From positions 32,001 to 96,000 of the forward strand of contig JBKAGE010000075.1 in the NCBI GenBank assembly GCA_046290225.1: DNA of 64,000 nt, in the 5' to 3' direction. Below are positions 57,905 to 64,000 of this stretch, in pieces. The notes under the pieces were generated by a model. That model worked only from the letters and a program-made list of their open reading frames with translations, was not told the origin of the DNA and did no database searches. The stretch comes from Bradymonadia bacterium (lineage in GTDB: Bacteria > Myxococcota_A > Bradymonadia > UBA7976 > UBA1532). Numbering within the stretch: the first letter of the stretch is position 1; every line of letters starts with the position of its first letter. Both the position numbers and the translations under genes were made by a program.

Positions 57905-60397
57905 GTGGCCACTTCGGGGCCGCAGCAGGGTCCCATCTGGCGATCGAGCCTGTGGGTGTTGCTCGCGGTGTGTCTTCTGCCCGCGGCGTCGCACGGCCAG
58001 GGGCTCACCCGACCCGTCGACATCTTCGAAGCGCCCTTGCGCGACTACCGACGCCTCGAGCTGGTGGTCCCCGCAGACTTCCAATCCACGTGTACGCCGA
58101 ACCTGCCCCCTGACGCCCTGCGTCCGCTGGGCCCCAACCCGGTGTGTGCCATCACGGGGGCGCCCAGAGGGCTGTACCGGTTGTTGGGCCCGCTCCACGA
58201 CGGCCTGCTCGCCGAGGTCTCCATGGGCAAGGCCGATGGCAAGGACACGGTGACCTTCACCCTCACCGCTGAAGATCTCATCTTCCGATCCGCGGTCTTC
58301 GATCTGCCCCGACGATGGGTCATCGAGATCGGCCGCCCCACCACCATGAGCGCCACCATCGAGGATGAGCTGCCGTTTCGGCCGTATCCGATGAAGATGG
58401 GGGAGTTCAACCCGCCGCTCCCAGTGAGTCAGATCTCGGGGCTGGACGAAGAGGAAGACACCCTGGGCGAAGCGTTCAATGCCTGCCTCGACGAGTGGCG
58501 TCAGGGCAGGGTGGTGAAGGCTATGCGCATGTGCGAAGCCCTCATTGCCAGATGGCCTGTGAAACGCGCCCCCGTCGAAGCCGTGCATCGCGCGTGGCGG
58601 GTGGTGGCCGAGGCGCGATATCGCTTGTCCCTGAGGGGGCGTGGCAAGGAGGAGGCGCTGCTCAAGGCGTTGCTGCAGGCCGAGGCCAGCCACGACGATC
58701 CTCAGGCGTCGTTTCGCTATGTGGCCATGGCCATCCGGTTCATGGCCAACCGCACCCCGGGCAAAGCCACCAAGTGGCTCAGGGAGCGGGAGAAGAAGTA
58801 CATGAAGACCGCCGCAGAGCCTGACTTTCGAGCCTCTCGCGCGGGGTTGTTCATTCAGAACGACGAGTTCGACAAGGCGCTGCCCGTTCTCGAAGAAGCA
58901 GGCAGGGCCTCCTTCGACGATCCCCATCGTCGTCGTTTTGTAGGGTACGCCAAGCTGTCTCTCGCGGCGCTGGCCTACGAGTCCCGACGGTATGGCAAGA
59001 GCCTGATGATTTATGAGCGCCTCTCCAAGGACTGGCCGGGGCTGCTCATGGAAGACGCAGCCTCGATCTTTCGTTTCGCTGAGCTGCTCAATCAGGTGGG
59101 GCGTCACGACCAGGCCCGCAGGCTTTACGAGGCCTTCCTGGAGCACACGCCGGAGGCCCATCCGTTCTTCATGGTGCGGGTGAGGCTCGCGCAGATGATC
59201 GGCCTCACCGACATCGAGGCTTCAGAGGAGGCCCTCAACGCGCTGAAGACCACCCTGCCGGGCACCCAGGCCCAGAACCTGGCCTTGTTGCACCAGAGCC
59301 GGCTGACCAACAGGCCCGAGTGGCGGAAGCGGATTCTGCGTAGGGTGAGTCGCACGGCACAGACGGACTATATCCGTGGGGCCGTACTCGTGGAGCAGGC
59401 GCGCCAGGCCATCAAGGAAGGGGATCTGCGGCAGCACTATGAGGTGCTCAAGACCCTGCGTAAGCAGATCCCCGAAGAGCCCACGCTGTTGAGTGCACCG
59501 TATATGTGGCCTCGAGCGGTGTACCTGCTGCTGACCAACTATATCTACCATGACCGCCCGTTGGCAGCTCTGAGCCTCTTCTATTCGGAGCGCAAGGTCA
59601 TCGAAGGCCACCCTCAACGGGCGGAGCTTCACCTCAGGGTGGGGCAGGCGCTCCGGGGCCTTGGTGCTCTGGAAGAAGCCCTCGTGGTCTTGCAGGGCGG
59701 GCTGAGCCCTGACAGCGAGATCGCCGAGAAAGATGCCGTGGCGCGGATCTACCTCGAGATGGCTGGGGTGCTGCGCGACTCTGGCGATCAGTTCCGCACG
59801 GCCCGAGCCCTCGACTACCTCGATCGCAGCTACCCCAACCGCTTTGACAACTTCGAGTACTGGATGTCCCAGGGCACTCGGGCTCGGTGGGAGGGCCGGC
59901 TGGAGGAAGCCAGAGACATCTTCCGCTATGCCATCAACGGCCCGGTCTCCGTGAAGGAGCGCACGGATCTCACCGAGGCGCTGGCTGAGGTCTACGAAGA
60001 GATGGAGGCCTGGGCCCTCGCCGTGAGAGCCTGGGACGCCGTGGCCGCGTTCCACGACGAGGGGCAAGGTAAAAAGGCGGACCCACGCCGCCGAGGTGCC
60101 CGATGGCGGGTGGCAGAGATCGAGTTCGAGCAGGGTGAATGGCTCAGCGCCGTCGCCGCCCTCGATCGCTTCGTACAGGAGTACCCCACCGATTATGCCG
60201 TGCAGGAGGCCCGCTTCCTCATGGCGAAGTCCCTGATGAAGATCGGGAGCACCCGCTCCGCTGTGGAGGTCCTCGACGGGTTGAGCCGTCAGCGGCCACA
60301 GGGACCCTACAACCGCATGGCCCAGCAAGAGCTCGACTTGCTGGCGTGGTCCAAAGGCTCACGGGGCGACATCTTGAAGGCCGCCGGCCTCGACTGA
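57905..60397 (+). CDS. Exported tetratricopeptide-repeat protein
   Basis: Signal peptide and helical TPR-like repeats (e.g. AVAALDRFVQEYP, EARFLMAKSL); lies between the activator and flgB. Confidence 0.75.
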   Translation: MATSGPQQGPIWRSSLWVLLAVCLLPAASHGQGLTRPVDIFEAPLRDYRRLELVVPADFQSTCTPNLPPDALRPLGPNPVCAITGAPRGLYRLLGPLHDGLLAEVSMGKADGKDTVTFTLTAEDLIFRSAVFDLPRRWVIEIGRPTTMSATIEDELPFRPYPMKMGEFNPPLPVSQISGLDEEEDTLGEAFNACLDEWRQGRVVKAMRMCEALIARWPVKRAPVEAVHRAWRVVAEARYRLSLRGRGKEEALLKALLQAEASHDDPQASFRYVAMAIRFMANRTPGKATKWLREREKKYMKTAAEPDFRASRAGLFIQNDEFDKALPVLEEAGRASFDDPHRRRFVGYAKLSLAALAYESRRYGKSLMIYERLSKDWPGLLMEDAASIFRFAELLNQVGRHDQARRLYEAFLEHTPEAHPFFMVRVRLAQMIGLTDIEASEEALNALKTTLPGTQAQNLALLHQSRLTNRPEWRKRILRRVSRTAQTDYIRGAVLVEQARQAIKEGDLRQHYEVLKTLRKQIPEEPTLLSAPYMWPRAVYLLLTNYIYHDRPLAALSLFYSERKVIEGHPQRAELHLRVGQALRGLGALEEALVVLQGGLSPDSEIAEKDAVARIYLEMAGVLRDSGDQFRTARALDYLDRSYPNRFDNFEYWMSQGTRARWEGRLEEARDIFRYAINGPVSVKERTDLTEALAEVYEEMEAWALAVRAWDAVAAFHDEGQGKKADPRRRGARWRVAEIEFEQGEWLSAVAALDRFVQEYPTDYAVQEARFLMAKSLMKIGSTRSAVEVLDGLSRQRPQGPYNRMAQQELDLLAWSKGSRGDILKAAGLD

Positions 60398-60442
60398 CGC
60401 TTCCCTGACACGCCCATGTCAACGCCCTGACGATCCTCTGAC
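60395..60442 (+). promoter_or_regulatory. Candidate enhancer (activator-binding array) for flgB
   Basis: TGAC at 60395, 60406, 60428 and 60439 plus TGTC at 60417 (11-bp period), including the palindrome GTCA-N6-TGAC (60418-60431). Confidence 0.6.
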
Positions 60443-60484
60443 GACATCGACGGTTTCTGGCGCTTCTTCAGGCGAACACAGGGC

Positions 60485-60500
60485 TGGCACGGTCCATGCT
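60485..60500 (+). promoter_or_regulatory. Sigma54 (-24/-12) promoter of the flgB operon
   Basis: TGGCACGGTCCATGCT has exact GG-N10-GC spacing and ends about 75 nt upstream of flgB. Confidence 0.8.
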
Positions 60501-60574
60501 CCTTACGCGAGGCAGGGCCCCTGGCGCTCGCTGCGAAGGTGCAGCGCGTCGCTCGAGGCGAGAGGAGACCGCGT

Positions 60575-60988
60575 ATGACCATCTTGTTCGACAACCTGGA
60601 TCGCACTCTCGAGGCCCACCTCGACTACCGCCTCGAGAACCAGAACCTCATCGCCGGGAACATCGCCAACGTCGACACCCCGGGATACACCCCCGTCACT
60701 CTGAAGTTCGAGCGACAGCTCAACGAGGTGCTTCAGGGCGAGACTCCACCGGAGTACGCCGGAGGCGCCACGGCCGGGTCGAAGATGTCCTGGCGAGGCC
60801 CGGCTTATCCCAGAGCAGACGTGGAGTTCGATCCTCGCGTGCTCCCCGACGCCGACGGCAACAGCGTCGATCTCGACCACGAGATGGCCAAGCTCGCGGA
60901 AAACACCCTGATCTATCAGGCGGTCACCAAGGCCTACACCCGTCGGGCCGCCATGATGAAGTACGCGATTCTGGAGGGTAACGGCTGA
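60575..60988 (+). CDS. flgB: Flagellar basal-body rod protein FlgB
   Basis: NIANVDTPGY and DGNSVDLDHEM; AGGAG RBS before ATG 60575. Confidence 0.95.
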   Translation: MTILFDNLDRTLEAHLDYRLENQNLIAGNIANVDTPGYTPVTLKFERQLNEVLQGETPPEYAGGATAGSKMSWRGPAYPRADVEFDPRVLPDADGNSVDLDHEMAKLAENTLIYQAVTKAYTRRAAMMKYAILEGNG

Positions 60989-61425
60989 TGGACTTCTTCT
61001 CTGCCATGCGCATCAGCGCCTCGGGCCTGACGGCCCAGCGCACTCGGATGAACGTCACCGCGAGCAACCTCGCCAACGTGGACACCACGGCCCCCAATGG
61101 CGAGCTCGGTTACAAGCGCCGCTCGCCGGTGATGAGCGCCGTGCCCCTCAGTCAGGCCTTCGGTGAAGTGCTCGGGGATCAGATTCACGAGCAGACCCAC
61201 ACCGTCGAGGTCTCGGAGATCGCCGAGCTGGACGTCGAGCGCCTCGAATACCAGCCTGACCACCCCCACGCAGACGAGCAGGGCTATGTGCACAAGCCCG
61301 ACATCAGCGTGATCCAGGAGATGGTGAACATGGTGACCTCGTCGAGAGGGTACGAGGCCAACGTCACCGCCATCCAGACCATCAAGAACATGGCCAATCA
61401 GGCCCTCACCATCGGGGAACGGTGA
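60988..61425 (+). CDS. flgC: Flagellar basal-body rod protein FlgC
   Basis: ISASGLTAQR-RM, NLAN, YQPDHPHAD and EMVNM...YEAN motifs. Confidence 0.96.
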   Translation: MDFFSAMRISASGLTAQRTRMNVTASNLANVDTTAPNGELGYKRRSPVMSAVPLSQAFGEVLGDQIHEQTHTVEVSEIAELDVERLEYQPDHPHADEQGYVHKPDISVIQEMVNMVTSSRGYEANVTAIQTIKNMANQALTIGER

Positions 61426-61808
61426 TGTCGGGCCTGATGTTCCCAGATATGCGGGGTGTGGGCGCCGCGGTGAGCGGTGTCGCCGGCGCCCGCGTCAACA
61501 GCGGGGTGAACGGCGCGCTGAACAACGTCGTCGGCGCGCGCTTCAACGGTGGTGTGGGCCCCGCCTCCATCAACCCCGGGAGCACCGGCAAGCCCTTCGC
61601 CGAGTTCCTCTCGGAGCAGATCGACACGGTGAACCAGGCACAGATCGACGCCGACACTGCCGTGGCCGCCGTGGCCACCGGAAAGAGCAAGAACCTGCAC
61701 GAGATGATGATCGCCCTCGAGAAGGCCGACATCAGCCTCAAGGCCCTCACCAAAGTGCGCAGCAAGGTGATCGAGGCCTACCAGGAAGTCATGCGGATGA
61801 ACCTCTAG
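61425..61808 (+). CDS. fliE: Flagellar hook-basal body protein FliE
   Basis: LHEMMIALEKA...VRSKVIEAYQEVMRM at the C-terminus; TGATG overlap with flgC. Confidence 0.93.
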   Translation: MSGLMFPDMRGVGAAVSGVAGARVNSGVNGALNNVVGARFNGGVGPASINPGSTGKPFAEFLSEQIDTVNQAQIDADTAVAAVATGKSKNLHEMMIALEKADISLKALTKVRSKVIEAYQEVMRMNL

Positions 61809-61820
61809 GCCTGGTTGTAG

Positions 61821-63452
61821 ATGAACACCCTACTCTCACGGATCAAGCAGCAGCTCGCGAAGCTGAACCAACGCCTGACGGGCCCGCAGAAGACGGCCAT
61901 CGGCATGATGTTCTTTTTGCTGCTGCTCATGGTGGGCTTCCTGGCCTACGACGCCTACGACGCCGACTACAAGGCCCTGCCGGCGGAGTACGCCGCGGAG
62001 CAGCTGGGCGGCATCGAGAGCTTCCTGCAGGACAAGGGCATCGACTATCAGATGAGCACCGACGGCACCATCAAGGTGCCGGCCCACATGAGAGACACGG
62101 TGGTGGCGGGCCTCGCCAGCGAGGGCATCATCGGCCGCATCAGCTACGACATCAATCAGATGAGCACCTCGCTCTCGGCGAAGGCACAGGCCGAGTTCCT
62201 GCGGCGTCACCGCGAAGAGGTCCTCGGCCACACCATCGCCGCCTTCGAGCCCGTGCGCAAAGCCCGGGTGAGCCTCGCCCTGCCGAAGGAGAGCGTGTTC
62301 CTCAAGGAAACCCGGCCCCCCTCGGCCTCGGTCATGGTGACGCTGAAATCGAACCAGTCGCTCAGTCAGGCCCAGGTGAAGGGCATCACGCGGCTGGTCT
62401 CCGGTGCGGTGCCCAACCTCAACCCCGACAACGTCGTGGTCATCGACCAGCACTCCAACATCCTCACCGAGACCACCGACAACGTCTTCGGTGTCGGCGG
62501 TGACATCCAGAGCTTCCGGGCGAAAGAAGAGGCCCGCCTGATTCAGGCCATCAGCCGCCAGCTGGAGCGCATCGTAGGCCCCGGGAACTACGAGGTGGCG
62601 GTGCAGGCGGAGATGGACACCCGAACCCTCGAGATCGAACACAAAGACGTGGATCCCAAGCGGGTGGTCTCGGTGAACGAGCAGAGCGTGGTGGAGACCC
62701 AGAGCAACAAGGCCCCCAACGTGGGCGGCAACGCTGGGGCGGCGGCCAACGCCGGCGCCAACGGCGTGGTGCGGACCGGGAGCGCCAGCGATCGCAACCG
62801 CGAAGCCACCTCGACGGTCTCGGAGCCCAGCCGCAAGACCACCCGGACCAAGCGCACCCAGCCCGAGCTCAACCGCCTGTCGGTCTCGGTGCTGGTGAAC
62901 GGTCGCTACGAGGTGCCCAAGCTCAAGCCCGGAGAGAAAGAGCCCAAGGTCGACGACGACGGCAACCCCATCAAGGCCTACACCCCGCTCACCCAGGCTG
63001 AGCTCGACAACATCCGCAAGGTGGTCATCGCCGCGGCGAGCATCGATCTCAAGCGCGGTGATCGTCTCGAGCTGGTGAACTCCAAGTTCACCGAGCCCGC
63101 CATGGCCTCGGAGGACGAGCCCCTCGACGTGATCAGTCGAGAGCGCCTCATGGACAACGCCTTCAAGTACGGCGTCATCGGTGCCATCTCGCTGATGCTG
63201 ATTCTCTTCGTGTTCCGCCCCGGCGTGAAGTGGCTGGTGGCGCCCCCAGAAGACGTGGAGATCCTCGCCGAGGGCGCCCTGCCGGCCCCTGACGAAGACG
63301 AGGCCGCCCTGCCGGGCAACGAAGAGGTGACCAAGTACATCGCCGAGGGCACCCCCCTCGAGCAGGTGAGACAGATCGCCGTCGAAGACCCAGAAGCTGC
63401 CGCCGCCGTGCTCAGAGCCTGGCTGCGGACCGCCTCGGGCAAGATGGTCTAG
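61821..63452 (+). CDS. fliF: Flagellar M-ring protein FliF
   Basis: Two TMs, ARVSLALPKESVF, PSASV, LVSGAVPNL, RLSVSVLVNG and RGD; gene order flgC-fliE-fliF. Confidence 0.92.
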   Translation: MNTLLSRIKQQLAKLNQRLTGPQKTAIGMMFFLLLLMVGFLAYDAYDADYKALPAEYAAEQLGGIESFLQDKGIDYQMSTDGTIKVPAHMRDTVVAGLASEGIIGRISYDINQMSTSLSAKAQAEFLRRHREEVLGHTIAAFEPVRKARVSLALPKESVFLKETRPPSASVMVTLKSNQSLSQAQVKGITRLVSGAVPNLNPDNVVVIDQHSNILTETTDNVFGVGGDIQSFRAKEEARLIQAISRQLERIVGPGNYEVAVQAEMDTRTLEIEHKDVDPKRVVSVNEQSVVETQSNKAPNVGGNAGAAANAGANGVVRTGSASDRNREATSTVSEPSRKTTRTKRTQPELNRLSVSVLVNGRYEVPKLKPGEKEPKVDDDGNPIKAYTPLTQAELDNIRKVVIAAASIDLKRGDRLELVNSKFTEPAMASEDEPLDVISRERLMDNAFKYGVIGAISLMLILFVFRPGVKWLVAPPEDVEILAEGALPAPDEDEAALPGNEEVTKYIAEGTPLEQVRQIAVEDPEAAAAVLRAWLRTASGKMV

Positions 63453-63504
63453 TGACTGCTGAGAGCGCGCTCGGAGCGCACGTTGAGTCGAGAGAGGAGC
63501 CCTG

Positions 63505-64000
63505 ATGCCACCCCCAGGCAAGACCGTCGACATGGAGCCAGACGCCAAGGCCGCCATGGTGTTGATCATGCTCGGCGAGGAGATCGCCAGCGAGCTCTTC
63601 AAGCATCTCAGCGTCGATGAGATCAAAGCCCTCAACGACGGTATGGGCAAGGTGAGGCTCTCCGAGGTGGACGACGACACCCAGGAGCTGATCATCGAGG
63701 AGTATCACGAGATGCTCCAAGGCGACGATCCGCTCATGCTCTCCGACGGCCGGGCCTACCTGCGCAACCTCGTGGAGCGGGCCATGGCGGAAGACGAGGC
63801 CAAGCGGCTCATCGAAGAACTCAACGCCGAGCAGGATCTCAAGATCACCGTGCTCGACCCCATCGATCCCAAGACCATCGCCAACGTGGTGGCCAAGGAG
63901 CACCCGCAGACCATCGCCCTCATTCTGGCTTACACGCAGCCCGACAAGAGCGCCCAGGTGCTCTCGCAGCTGCCCCTGGAGACCCAGGTGGAGGTCTGCT
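63505..64000 (+). CDS. fliG: Flagellar motor switch protein FliG, 3'-truncated by the window edge
   Basis: Manual translation gives MPPPGKTVDMEPDAKAAMVLIMLGEE...KEHPQTIALILAY (EHPQ motif); GAGGAG RBS. It is not in the ORF track because it has no stop within the window. Confidence 0.93.
   Translation, partial: MPPPGKTVDMEPDAKAAMVLIMLGEEIASELFKHLSVDEIKALNDGMGKVRLSEVDDDTQELIIEEYHEMLQGDDPLMLSDGRAYLRNLVERAMAEDEAKRLIEELNAEQDLKITVLDPIDPKTIANVVAKEHPQTIALILAYTQPDKSAQVLSQLPLETQVEVC

Overview
GC-rich bacterial chromosomal segment. It is most consistent with a flagellated Myxococcota/deltaproteobacterial lineage, inferred from an MglA-family GTPase, a MYXO-CTERM-like motif, Cys-rich acidic lipoproteins and a sigma54-controlled flgBC-fliEFG operon. 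It is mostly housekeeping: hemW-grpE-dnaK-dnaJ; a LolA-like/outer-membrane/MMPL cassette; a diflavin reductase plus a duplicated flavodoxin; a long minus-strand run (DUF58, transglutaminase, aldolase, murB, LpoA/LppC-like, GTPase-HK-RR, thiL, two CNNM genes, MoxR); PBP1A-tatBC; acyl-CoA carboxylase subunits; gltX; glgA-galT; LPP20 lipoproteins; an amidase; an isolated rplC; dapF; and the start of a flagellar cluster. I saw no rRNA, tRNA, CRISPR array or transposase. The most unusual signals are non-coding. (1) Two copies of a ~172-nt long hairpin (9890-10061 and 55572-55744) are only about two-thirds identical but keep their pairing through many compensatory changes. (2) A (GGGCAC)n module occurs four times, always just downstream of a stop codon on the sense strand, and co-occurs with both hairpins. 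(3) A 159-bp MITE with 16-bp TIRs and a TAA duplication sits in a stop codon. Notable coding oddities are an unlisted 53-aa lipoprotein, an amidase with an internal MYXO-CTERM-like segment, a degenerate STAND-TPR protein and a TerB-SPFH-zinc-ribbon fusion. All calls come from reading the sequence; no database search or folding program was run.
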